Of a stretch of 64,000 bases of DNA, positions 49,039 through 58,403 are shown piece by piece. The notes under the pieces are model-generated. The model was not told the origin of the DNA. It ran no database searches and saw only the letters and a list, made by a program, of their open reading frames with translations. This DNA comes from an uncultured Gammaproteobacteria bacterium (GTDB lineage: Bacteria > Patescibacteriota > Microgenomatia > Levybacterales > GWA1-39-11): the NCBI GenBank assembly GCA_964504535.1, contig CAZDED010000002.1, positions 82,673 through 146,672 on the forward strand, given 5' to 3'. Every line of letters begins with the position of its first letter. The stretch's first letter is position 1. Both the position numbers and the translations under genes were made by a program.

Positions 49039-49875
49039 ATGAAATCCAAAAATCCTCAAGTGATCTCCTTAATTATTCCTGCTTACAAACAAGAAAAGAC
49101 AATTTATAAAGACATAACTAATTTAAAAAAAAGTTTGGATGACCTTAAGCAGCCGTATGAAATAATTGTTGTCATTGATGGAGTACTGGACAAGACGTAT
49201 CAGCAATTAAGAAAAATCAAAACAAAAAAGCTACGAGTCTTTAAATTTGATCAAAATCAGGGTAAAGGATCTGCTATAAAATTCGGAGTAGAAAATGCGA
49301 AAGGAGATATTATCGGTTTTATTGATGCTGGAATGGATATAGACCCAACCGGAATTGCTATGTTGATCAATCACATGCTTTGGTATGATGCTGATATTAT
49401 TGTCGGATCAAAATTGCATCCGGTGTCTCAAGTAAACTATCCCAGAGAACGAAAGATTTTGTCATGGGGTTATAGAACATTTACAAGATTACTGTTCGGT
49501 TTTAAAGTAAGAGACACTCAGGCTGGAATTAAATTTTACAGACGGAGAGTGGCACGTGATGTATTCCCCAGACTTCTGGTTAAAAAGTTTGCTTTTGACG
49601 TTGAGATATTGGCTTTATCATATGCTCTTGGTTATACGAGAATTTATGAAGCCCCGATTAAATTAAAATTTAGAGGAGTAAATTCCATTACATCTACAAA
49701 TCTTTGGAAAATTATTTTTCTTATGCTGTGGGATACGGCTGCGATATTTTATAGAGTTCGAATAATTAAGTTTTACAAACGCAGTAACCGGAAAAATTGG
49801 GAAGTGGAGAAGAGCTCAGTTAAAAAAATTTTACGCAAAAAACGTGTAGCCAAAATTGGTAAAATTAAAAAATGA
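49039..49875 (+). CDS. GT2, polyprenol-phosphate glycosyltransferase-like
   Basis: IIPAYKQE, NQGKG, FIDAGMD, GSK.HP.S, DTQAGIK, FAFDVEIL; ATG 49039 preferred over TTG 48991. Confidence 0.85.
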   Translation: MKSKNPQVISLIIPAYKQEKTIYKDITNLKKSLDDLKQPYEIIVVIDGVLDKTYQQLRKIKTKKLRVFKFDQNQGKGSAIKFGVENAKGDIIGFIDAGMDIDPTGIAMLINHMLWYDADIIVGSKLHPVSQVNYPRERKILSWGYRTFTRLLFGFKVRDTQAGIKFYRRRVARDVFPRLLVKKFAFDVEILALSYALGYTRIYEAPIKLKFRGVNSITSTNLWKIIFLMLWDTAAIFYRVRIIKFYKRSNRKNWEVEKSSVKKILRKKRVAKIGKIKK

Positions 49876-50990
49876 AAGTTTTAGTCTTGAATTGGCGCGA
49901 TCCAAAACATCCCCTTGCCGGAGGGGCAGAGATTTCTTTATTGCACCACGTAACATACTGGAAAGAGAAGGGGTATGATGTTACATGGTTTGCTTCTGGT
50001 TTTGATGAAGCAAAGGCACAAGACAAAATTGATGGGATAAAGATTGTGAGAGCAGGAAGTCATTTTACAGTGTCTCTGTATTTCTTTGCTAAATGGTTAC
50101 GGGGTGATTTTAGAGATACCGACATTATTGTTGACTGTTTTCATTTTTTTCCATTTTTTACGCCGCTTTATATAAAGGATAAGCCAATAATTGCGTTGAT
50201 CAATGAAATTGCCGGCAACGTGTGGTTTGACAATCTCATGTATCCCTTGGCATTTATTGGTTTTAAAATTGAGCCCTACGTTATTCGTCTTTATAGAAAA
50301 ATTAATTTTATAACTGGATCTAAATCAGCCGCAGAGGATCTCCAAAGCGTTGGTATAAAAAAGCAAAAAATTGCTGTCATAAATCATGGTTTTAATCCTT
50401 TAATAGTTACAAAAAAATGGCCAAAAGAAAAAAATAAGACTGTACTTTTTCTTGGACGACTTGCAAAAGACAAGGGGATTGAGGACGCCCTTCTTATGTT
50501 GGAGCTTTTGATCCGAGATGACAATACAATACAGCTTTGGGTAGTGGGTAAATTTGAGAGTAAAAATTACGAGAAAAGATTAAAAAAATTAATAAATGAA
50601 TTCAAGGTAAAAAAGAACTGCACATTTTTTGGCTACGTTGATGAGGAGAAAAAAGCGGAGCTTCTGCAGCGGGCATGGTTGATGGCCCATCCGTCTGCCC
50701 GTGAAGGGTGGGGACTTAATGTTATTGAAGCGAATTCAGTCGGCACACCCGTAGTAGGTTATAACGTTCAGGGTCTTCGTGATTCAATTATAAACAACAA
50801 GACAGGTCTTTTAGTCGAGCCAGATGCCATAAGTCTTGCAGATGGAGTTGAAAAGGTGTTGGAAGACAAAAAATTACTAAAGAATTTTTCTATCGAGGCA
50901 AAAAAGTGGTCAAATACTTTCAGTTGGGAAAAATCCGGTCTTGAAAGTTTTGAGTTTATAAATGCAGTATATGCGAAGTTTAAAAAATAG
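49872..50990 (+). CDS. GT4 glycosyltransferase
   Basis: NWRDPKHPLAGGAE, GRLAKDKG, EGWGLNVIEAN. Confidence 0.9.
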   Translation: MKVLVLNWRDPKHPLAGGAEISLLHHVTYWKEKGYDVTWFASGFDEAKAQDKIDGIKIVRAGSHFTVSLYFFAKWLRGDFRDTDIIVDCFHFFPFFTPLYIKDKPIIALINEIAGNVWFDNLMYPLAFIGFKIEPYVIRLYRKINFITGSKSAAEDLQSVGIKKQKIAVINHGFNPLIVTKKWPKEKNKTVLFLGRLAKDKGIEDALLMLELLIRDDNTIQLWVVGKFESKNYEKRLKKLINEFKVKKNCTFFGYVDEEKKAELLQRAWLMAHPSAREGWGLNVIEANSVGTPVVGYNVQGLRDSIINNKTGLLVEPDAISLADGVEKVLEDKKLLKNFSIEAKKWSNTFSWEKSGLESFEFINAVYAKFKK

Positions 50991-51029
50991 CCAAATTTAC
51001 AATAATTACTGATATAATTTGAAAATCTT

Positions 51030-52187
51030 ATGAAAAAATATATTCATTTTGCACAACCACTTTTCGGAAGTGAAGAGAAAAAAGAGGTAATAAAAGCGAT
51101 GGATTCGGGTTGGGTAACATTGGGTCCAGGAACCCGTGAATTTGAAGAGCAATTCGCAAAATATACGGGTGCTAAATATGCAGTTGGTCTCAGCTCCTGT
51201 ACGGCTGCTCTTCACCTAGCTCTCATCGCAGCAGGAGTTGGTAGGGGAGATGAGGTAATAACCACTATTTTTACATTTGCAGCATCTATCAACCCCGTTC
51301 TTATTCTTGGTGGAAAACCTGTACTTGTTGATATTGATGAAAAAACTATGAATATTGATGAGAAGTTGATTGAGGCAAAAATAACAAAAAAAACCAAGGT
51401 TATTATGCCTATGCACTATGGTGGATACCCCTGCAATATGGATGCAATTAAAAAAATCGCGAAAAAACACAAATTGATCATAATCGAAGATGCGGCAACG
51501 GCAATTGGGACATCCTACAAGGATAAGAAGGTGGGAAATATCGGGGATATGACCTGTTTTTCTTTCCATCCCATTAAGAATATGTCCACAGGCGATGGTG
51601 GAATGGTGACCACTAACAATAAATTATTTGCAGAAAGAATTATGCTTTTAAGACTTCACGGGATGAGTAAAGAAGCATGGAAGAGGCATACTGCTGCCGG
51701 CTCATGGAAGTATGATATTGTTGAGCCTGGTTTTAAATACAATATGACTGACATTCAGGCTGCTCTTGGGAGAGTACAGCTTAAAAGATTGGATGGATTT
51801 ATAAAAATTAGAAAACAGTACGCGAAGATCTTTGATAGTGAGTTGTCGAAAATACCTGAAATAACTGTTCCTATTCATTCTAAGGATTCTGGTACAGCCT
51901 ACAATTTATATACAATAAGAATTGACACCAAAAATTTAACGGTAACTAGAGATGAAATAGTTGAATTACTAAAGCAAGAACAGATAGGGGTTAGTGTGTA
52001 TTACATCCCACTTTACGAATTTAGTTACTTTCAAAAGCACTTAAAACTTAAAAGTTCAGATTATCCACACGCAAGCGCTGTATATCAGAACATGATGTCT
52101 CTTCCTCTTTATCCCAAGATGACTCTGAAGGATGTTAACAGGGTGATAAACACGCTTTCAAAAATTATTATAAAACACCGCAAATGA
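51030..52187 (+). CDS. DegT/DnrJ/EryC1/StrS PLP-dependent sugar aminotransferase
   Basis: SGWVTLGP, SSCTAALHLAL, IEDAA, FSFHPIKNMSTGDGG, GFKYNMTDIQAALG; upstream TGaTATAAT at 51010-51018. Confidence 0.93.
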   Translation: MKKYIHFAQPLFGSEEKKEVIKAMDSGWVTLGPGTREFEEQFAKYTGAKYAVGLSSCTAALHLALIAAGVGRGDEVITTIFTFAASINPVLILGGKPVLVDIDEKTMNIDEKLIEAKITKKTKVIMPMHYGGYPCNMDAIKKIAKKHKLIIIEDAATAIGTSYKDKKVGNIGDMTCFSFHPIKNMSTGDGGMVTTNNKLFAERIMLLRLHGMSKEAWKRHTAAGSWKYDIVEPGFKYNMTDIQAALGRVQLKRLDGFIKIRKQYAKIFDSELSKIPEITVPIHSKDSGTAYNLYTIRIDTKNLTVTRDEIVELLKQEQIGVSVYYIPLYEFSYFQKHLKLKSSDYPHASAVYQNMMSLPLYPKMTLKDVNRVINTLSKIIIKHRK

Positions 52188-52900
52188 ATCCAAAATTCTC
52201 CTGGAAGATTGATACATTCGATTCTGATATCTTAGGTTTTTCTTGTGCAAAGATACAGTGTTTGAGTAGCGGAGGTTTGGATATTTCAGAACTAATAACT
52301 GACTTGGTCAAAAAGAAAGTTAAGTACGCGGTCATCAGAATCCCAGGAAGTGACTATCAAACAGCGCAACTTCTTGAGCGTAATTCCTTTCGGATTGTCG
52401 ATAGTTTAGTTGAAATGAGTTTAAATCTAAGTGGTGCAATCATAGAGTCGGTTGAAAACGTTAGGGTAGCCAAAGTTAGTGATAGTGAAGACATCGAAAA
52501 GCTTTCTTCAGATTCGTTTCAGGACACTCGCTTTTTTCATGACGATGGGATTTCGAAAACTTCCGCAAAAAAGATTTATTCTGAGTGGGCAAGAAATTCA
52601 TTATTGGGAAAAGCCGCAGACAAAGTTATTGTTTGGGAGCAGAATGGCACCATAGAGGGGTTTGCTACTATCCAAAAAAGTGGGCACATACCTCTTATTG
52701 CGGTTGCAAAAAGTGCGCAAGGCAAAGGAGTTGGTAAGGCACTTTGCAGGGCTTCTATAAATGTTTGCAAAGAATTTGGAGCGACTAACGCTGCCATTGA
52801 AACACAAACCAATAATATACCTGCCATGCGTGCATACATTTCTGCTGGGTTAAAAATAATAAATTCTTATTTCACCTTTTCGTGGCATGCTAAATCTTAA
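52184..52900 (+). CDS. GNAT sugar N-acetyltransferase, WecD/RffC-like
   Basis: FDSDILG, TRFFHD, IYSEW, QGKGVGKAL, TQTNNIPAMRAY. Confidence 0.85.
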   Translation: MNPKFSWKIDTFDSDILGFSCAKIQCLSSGGLDISELITDLVKKKVKYAVIRIPGSDYQTAQLLERNSFRIVDSLVEMSLNLSGAIIESVENVRVAKVSDSEDIEKLSSDSFQDTRFFHDDGISKTSAKKIYSEWARNSLLGKAADKVIVWEQNGTIEGFATIQKSGHIPLIAVAKSAQGKGVGKALCRASINVCKEFGATNAAIETQTNNIPAMRAYISAGLKIINSYFTFSWHAKS

Positions 52901-54380
52901 TATAATTCTAATAAGTGTAATCGTACCTGTTATAGCCTTTTTCTTTGAGTCATACCCGCGTTTTTTTAACAGAAAATTTGGGGTAGATATATGGACTCAC
53001 CTTTTATATCTGAAGGAGTATCACAAGCAAAAAGGGGTACCAAAAGTTATTGATAAAGGATTTCTTGTACCCGGTGAATATGATTATCCACCGGTATTTA
53101 TCACAATTCTTTCAAAATTTCCAATTAAATTAGTTGAGAAGTATGAATTTTTCTTCTCCCCCTTTTTTGATTCTCTCCATTTGATTCTAATGTTTTTTAT
53201 TGCATATCATCTGTCGGGAGATTTTATTGTAGCCATCCTAACACAGATCTTATACCTACTGACACCAATAATAGTCCTTGAGAATTCAAGTGCCACTCCA
53301 CGGTCACTGGGCTACACATTGTTTACAATATTTATCTTTTCACTTTTTATGTTTGCACAAACAAATCTCGTTCTTTTTTTTGTAATCTCGCTCATTGCCG
53401 GGGTATTTATATTTTTATCTCATAGATTCACCGCTCAAGGTGCATTATTTTTTGTTCTTTTCTTCTCAATTAACGAAAATAACAGCATCTATGTCGTTTC
53501 TTATCTTGTTTCATTTTCACTCGCTCTCATATTTACAAACGGATTGTATTTGAGAGTACTTAGGGGACATATTGGTAATTTAAAATTTTGGTACAACCAG
53601 ATAGATTATCGTTTTTCGCACCAAATTCTTGGAAACTATAAAAAACATAAAACGCAAGACTTTGTTTTTAAGCTTTACAATCAATTTTTAAAATTTCCCC
53701 CCTTTGTTCTTGCAATAACCAATCCATGGACGTTGCCTGTCGTATTCTACCTTTGGAACATGCACCAACTTACTCCATTATTGCGACAAACCCTTGAATT
53801 AGTTATTCTTTCATATATTATTTCTCTCCTTGTTATATGGGTTCCTAAGTTGAGGTTTTTAGGTGAAGGACAGCGTTATCTCGAGTTAACTGCTTTTCCT
53901 ACTGCATTTCTGTCAGCGAAACTTCTAATTTATATGTTGGGCACTAGTTACTCAAATTTGTTTGTCGTTATTTATCTAGGAGCTGCTGTGCTTGCTCTTG
54001 TTACAATAATTGTGATCCAAAGGAAAGCAATAATTAAAGACACTCTGCGAACACTTACTCCTGAGATGGAATCAATGTTTGGTTATTTAAAATCATTAAA
54101 GAACAAGCCGCATCTTTTATGTATTCCTCATCAAATAACAACAAACACAATTTATCATACTGGGTGCCCTGTTTTTGTAAATGCTGATTATAGGAATATT
54201 GAAAAAATCTCAGAGATATATCCATTTCTAAAAATACCTGTCAGTAAGGCTTTGAAAAAATATTCGCTTGATGCAATTCTTCTAAATGAAAAATATGTAT
54301 CAGTAAAAGACTTGAAAATAAAAAATTACAAAGAAGTCAAAAGATTTGGAACGTTTGTTCTTCTAAAGCTTAATAAGTAA
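52887..54380 (+). CDS. polytopic membrane protein, putative GT-C (twin A)
   Basis: GVDIWTH, YDYPP, TPRSLGY, GEGQRYLE; paralog of the adjacent minus-strand gene. Confidence 0.6.
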   Translation: MLNLNIILISVIVPVIAFFFESYPRFFNRKFGVDIWTHLLYLKEYHKQKGVPKVIDKGFLVPGEYDYPPVFITILSKFPIKLVEKYEFFFSPFFDSLHLILMFFIAYHLSGDFIVAILTQILYLLTPIIVLENSSATPRSLGYTLFTIFIFSLFMFAQTNLVLFFVISLIAGVFIFLSHRFTAQGALFFVLFFSINENNSIYVVSYLVSFSLALIFTNGLYLRVLRGHIGNLKFWYNQIDYRFSHQILGNYKKHKTQDFVFKLYNQFLKFPPFVLAITNPWTLPVVFYLWNMHQLTPLLRQTLELVILSYIISLLVIWVPKLRFLGEGQRYLELTAFPTAFLSAKLLIYMLGTSYSNLFVVIYLGAAVLALVTIIVIQRKAIIKDTLRTLTPEMESMFGYLKSLKNKPHLLCIPHQITTNTIYHTGCPVFVNADYRNIEKISEIYPFLKIPVSKALKKYSLDAILLNEKYVSVKDLKIKNYKEVKRFGTFVLLKLNK

Positions 54381-55856
54381 CATACCATTTAAGTTGTAAA
54401 CTACTTTTGCTTTTTTAAGTTTCAGTTCTTCAAGTTTTGCAAACGACTCTTTCAATATAAGGTAATCGAGCTTGTATTTAGACTTTAATTCCTCAATTGA
54501 CAGTTTTAGTACTGGATAAAACTGCATTATCTCCATAAGACCCTTGTTGTCTGCATTAACGAGTATTTCAGCCTTTGTGTGGTATACAGTCATTGTTGTT
54601 ATTTGGTGGGGAATACAAATTATTCGAGGTTTTCCGGGGATTTTATTGATGAATGTAAATAAATCCAGCAATTCGGTTGTTAACGACCGATTTTTGTCTT
54701 TTATTATTCCTTTGATTTGGATGAACAATATCATGCCAAGATTTCCCAAAGCAACAACTGCAAATCCAATAATTGCAATTATTCCGTATGAATCATAGAA
54801 ATGGAATAGCAATACGGAGCTCAGTATTGATACGGGAACTGTCGCCATTTCCAAGTATCGTTGCCCCTCACCAATTGGAACAAGAATCTTAACCCTCAAA
54901 ATTATTGCTCCCAGCGCATAAAAGAAAATTACCCACAGTGACATGAAATAAAACATACTGTTTTGAATCTCAAGACTTGTTCCGGTCAGGAAGTAATAAA
55001 AATAGATAAATGCAGAAATAACCCAAACGTCTGTCATAAGCAAGAAGATGGGCGAAAATTCCGAAAGTAAAAAATATATTGTCCCAACCCAATCCAATTT
55101 CTTCCTTGAGGTCAGCCCATGTAGCTGGTGAGAAAATCGATATCTATAATTTTTTGTCCAAAAGTATATGTTGTATAGATGTCCGGTAGCGACCCGTAAG
55201 TAGTACCCCTTGGTTAGAATAGTTGCTAGGCTAAATCCTATGACTGGTACTGCGAGAAATATTAAAGAACCCGTAACTGTAGCAAAAAAGAAACATATAA
55301 ATATGAATGATTGAAGGGCAAATCTATGTGTAAGAAAAAGGATAGTTGTAAAAGTAACTGACAGCAGGATATAAATTAGCTCTGAAGAATTGTAAAACAA
55401 TAAAAGGGGGTAGAAGGAAAGAGTGAACATCAGGTATCCAAGCGACCGAGGAGTAAGGTAACTATTTTCCACAGGAATCATAGGAATCAATGTATATACA
55501 GCCTGCGAAACAAACGCTATCTGAACTGAGTGAGTAAGACTGAATGCAATGTAAAACAACAATATATTCTGAAGGGCATCAAAAAAAGGCGACACAAATC
55601 CTTGATATTTTAGTAGAGCTTTCTTTGGAAAAAAGGAAAAAAGCCACGGAAATAAAATTGGATAATCGAATTTCCCATCAATTATAAATCCTCTTTGTAT
55701 TTTCCCAGGTATTTTGTGACTGGATTTTTTGACATGATCAATCTCGAGAAGTCGTGTCCAAACATCGACGCCAAAATATCTGTTAAAAAATCTTGGGTAG
55801 GTTTGCAATATATAACTCAGAACAGGAATAATAAAAGCCGTGACAATCATTGACAA
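54363..55856 (-). CDS. polytopic membrane protein, putative GT-C (twin B)
   Basis: GVDVWTR, FDYP, TPRSLGY, GEGQRYLE; start TTG 55856 or ATG 55850. Confidence 0.6.
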   Translation of the reverse strand: MSMIVTAFIIPVLSYILQTYPRFFNRYFGVDVWTRLLEIDHVKKSSHKIPGKIQRGFIIDGKFDYPILFPWLFSFFPKKALLKYQGFVSPFFDALQNILLFYIAFSLTHSVQIAFVSQAVYTLIPMIPVENSYLTPRSLGYLMFTLSFYPLLLFYNSSELIYILLSVTFTTILFLTHRFALQSFIFICFFFATVTGSLIFLAVPVIGFSLATILTKGYYLRVATGHLYNIYFWTKNYRYRFSHQLHGLTSRKKLDWVGTIYFLLSEFSPIFLLMTDVWVISAFIYFYYFLTGTSLEIQNSMFYFMSLWVIFFYALGAIILRVKILVPIGEGQRYLEMATVPVSILSSVLLFHFYDSYGIIAIIGFAVVALGNLGMILFIQIKGIIKDKNRSLTTELLDLFTFINKIPGKPRIICIPHQITTMTVYHTKAEILVNADNKGLMEIMQFYPVLKLSIEELKSKYKLDYLILKESFAKLEELKLKKAKVVYNLNGMLLIKL

Positions 55857-55910
55857 TAACCGATAATAGCATATTTACAATCTAAATAAAAATGAGTAAT
55901 ATCTATTATC

Positions 55911-56693
55911 ATGAAATTGACAGGTCGCAAATATCCATATTATTTCGAGGGAGAAATAAAGCCCAATAATTCAAAAATTGTAGAATCGGGCGTCAAAGAA
56001 ATCATAAAAGCTTCAAAAAAATATCTGGGAAAAGATCCTGAAGAGATATCAGTTCTGGATGTAGGGTCCGGGCGTGGTGATTTTTCTATTCAAATGGCAA
56101 AGGTTTTCAAAAGTGTGGTTGCTATAGAGCCATATAAAGATGCATATGAATATGCAATGAAAAACTCTCCAAAGCAACTAAAAAATATCATATTTAAGAA
56201 TTCGTCAATAGAAATGTTTGAATCAAAGAATAAATACGATCTGATAGTAGCATTAACAATATTTGAGCATCTTAAAAATCAAAAAAAAGCTTTCAATCAG
56301 ATGTTCTCGTTATTAAAAGAGGGCGGTATCATATATATCACTGCGCCAAATAAGTATTGGCCTGTCGAGCAGCATTATGGTTTGCCCTTCCTTGCATGGT
56401 TGCCACTTCCACTGGCCAATTTCTATCTTAAATTATTTAGGGGAGTTTCTTCATACGAAGATAGTTCTTACTCTAGAGGATATTACTGGACAAGAAAATT
56501 TTTCGACAAATACCCATGCACATATGAATTTATTTTGCCATTTAACACAAAAGGTGCTTACATTGGTTACGGAAAGAAGGGGTTTTATTCAGTGATAAAG
56601 GACTTTGGAATAAAGCTAATTTCAAGTAACCCGAATTTTTGGGCAATTTCTAAAGGCTTTATTATTGTCGTTAAGAAAACATCGAAAAAGTAG
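55911..56693 (+). CDS. class I SAM-dependent methyltransferase
   Basis: VLDVGSGRG, YDLIV, FEHL, LKEGG..YITAPN; upstream TTTACA, 17 nt spacer, TAATAT. Confidence 0.88.
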   Translation: MKLTGRKYPYYFEGEIKPNNSKIVESGVKEIIKASKKYLGKDPEEISVLDVGSGRGDFSIQMAKVFKSVVAIEPYKDAYEYAMKNSPKQLKNIIFKNSSIEMFESKNKYDLIVALTIFEHLKNQKKAFNQMFSLLKEGGIIYITAPNKYWPVEQHYGLPFLAWLPLPLANFYLKLFRGVSSYEDSSYSRGYYWTRKFFDKYPCTYEFILPFNTKGAYIGYGKKGFYSVIKDFGIKLISSNPNFWAISKGFIIVVKKTSKK

Positions 56694-56696
56694 ATA

Positions 56697-57656
56697 TTAA
56701 TAAGCGTCTTTAACCCACCCGTGTTTTTTTACTAGTTTTAAAATTTCCTTTATTCCGTCTTCGATATTATATTTCGGATCAAATCCTAAAAATTTTCTTG
56801 CTTTAGAAATGTCTAGTGCGCCTCTGAATACCTGCTGTACCGAAGGCTCTCTCACTTCATAAGTGAATTTTGGAAAATATTCTTTTAGTACTTCAGCAAA
56901 ATCACTTGCTGCTCTTGGCTCACCTCTGGAAATATTAAATGTTTGATACATTGCGCTTGGTGACTCTACGCACAATACAAATCCGTCAGTAACATCTTCA
57001 ATATATGAAAGATCTAGGGTTTCACCCTGTACAACCCATGCTGGTTTTTTCGTGAGTGCAGCATCTAAAAGTAATTGAGTCACTCTGTTTGCGGCATCCG
57101 CGTATCCATAGACTGATGTGGGGCGAACGATGACCCACTCTTTTTTTGATAATTTTACGAAGTATTCACCAGCTGCCTTTGTTGCCCCATATGAGTTGAT
57201 GGGGTTTAGAATTACATCCTCAGGTTGCGGATTTAGAGTAAAATGACCATAAGTCATACTTGAAGATGTATAAACGATTCTTTTGCAGGATGGAGACTTT
57301 TCAAATTCCTCCAAAACATTTAGTGTTCCATACATATTGACAGGAATCATCTGAGCTTCATACTGTGGAAGTGGTCTTGCCATAGGTAGACCTGCAAGAT
57401 GGACAACAACTTCCGGGTTAAATTTTTCAAAAGCTTGAGAAAGAGCCTCTTTGTCTCTAACATCTGCATCAAAAAATTTCTTTGGGGTATGAGGGAATAA
57501 TAGCTTTCTGTGCTTGACTGCAGCCTTCGAGTATTTCGGTTTATCGATAAAACTTAGTGTTGAATCGTAAACAGCAACATCGTGTTTATTTTTGATGAGT
57601 TTCTCAACCAAACTTGTTCCAATGAAGCCATTTCCACCAGTCACTAAAATTTTCAT
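56697..57656 (-). CDS. NAD-dependent epimerase/dehydratase (extended SDR)
   Basis: MKILVTGGNGFIG, HLAG, TSSS, SYGATK, VRPTSVYG; start 57656 follows TTGATT, 17 nt spacer, TACACT. Confidence 0.9.
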   Translation of the reverse strand: MKILVTGGNGFIGTSLVEKLIKNKHDVAVYDSTLSFIDKPKYSKAAVKHRKLLFPHTPKKFFDADVRDKEALSQAFEKFNPEVVVHLAGLPMARPLPQYEAQMIPVNMYGTLNVLEEFEKSPSCKRIVYTSSSMTYGHFTLNPQPEDVILNPINSYGATKAAGEYFVKLSKKEWVIVRPTSVYGYADAANRVTQLLLDAALTKKPAWVVQGETLDLSYIEDVTDGFVLCVESPSAMYQTFNISRGEPRAASDFAEVLKEYFPKFTYEVREPSVQQVFRGALDISKARKFLGFDPKYNIEDGIKEILKLVKKHGWVKDAY

Positions 57657-57700
57657 ACTTGAGAGTGTAATCCTTTCATGTACAATAATCAATATTATAT

Positions 57701-58402
57701 ATGGCAAATTCTCACATGAAGTTTATTAAAAAGAGAGACAAAAATCCCTTAGTCCCTGGGCACTACTTTCTCTTTAACTGGGTAAAACCATTTATAAAAA
57801 AGAAAACAAAAATTTTGGATATCGGTTGTTGGACAGGACCCCTTGAAATACTTTTTGAAAAAACTGAAGCTGCCGTTACCGGTATTGATATTGAAGAGGG
57901 ACCTTTAAAATACGCTTCTAAAAGATTTCCACAATATAGGTTTAAAAATGTCTCAATTATAGAAAATCTACCCTTTAAAAATGGTGAGTTTAATATTGTA
58001 CTTTTTTTCATGGTTATTGAACACATTCCTCAGGGGAGTGAATTGATAGCTCTTCGTAATATAAACAGGGTAATGAAAAAGGGTGGGAAATTATGCATGA
58101 ATACTATGAATTCAAATGTACTATCAAACCTTCTTGATCCGGCTTACTTCTTTGGACACAGACATTATTCTGAAAAACATCTTCGTGATTTACTATCTCT
58201 TGCAGGATTTAAAGTCGAAAAAATAACATTCAACGCTGGATTTTTTACAACAGCCTACATAGTCACGTTATATTTTTTCAAACATGTATTAAGAAGAGCA
58301 GAGCCAAGAGGAATATTTGATAAGCTGATGGAGCTTGACTACAAAAATCGTGGATTTGCAGAAATAGATATTCAAGCGGTTAAGGTTGCCAATATAAATT
58401 AA
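57701..58402 (+). CDS. class I SAM-dependent methyltransferase
   Basis: ILDIGCWTG, GIDI, LPF, VIEHIP, MKKGG, H..HYS. Confidence 0.88.
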   Translation: MANSHMKFIKKRDKNPLVPGHYFLFNWVKPFIKKKTKILDIGCWTGPLEILFEKTEAAVTGIDIEEGPLKYASKRFPQYRFKNVSIIENLPFKNGEFNIVLFFMVIEHIPQGSELIALRNINRVMKKGGKLCMNTMNSNVLSNLLDPAYFFGHRHYSEKHLRDLLSLAGFKVEKITFNAGFFTTAYIVTLYFFKHVLRRAEPRGIFDKLMELDYKNRGFAEIDIQAVKVANIN

Positions 58403-58403
58403 A

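Noticed and set aside
51030-52187. Naming the aminotransferase arnB/pseC and the GT-Cs arnT (lipid A modification)
   Set aside because: No arnA/arnD, pseudaminic acid synthase or lipid A genes are present; only family-level calls are supportable
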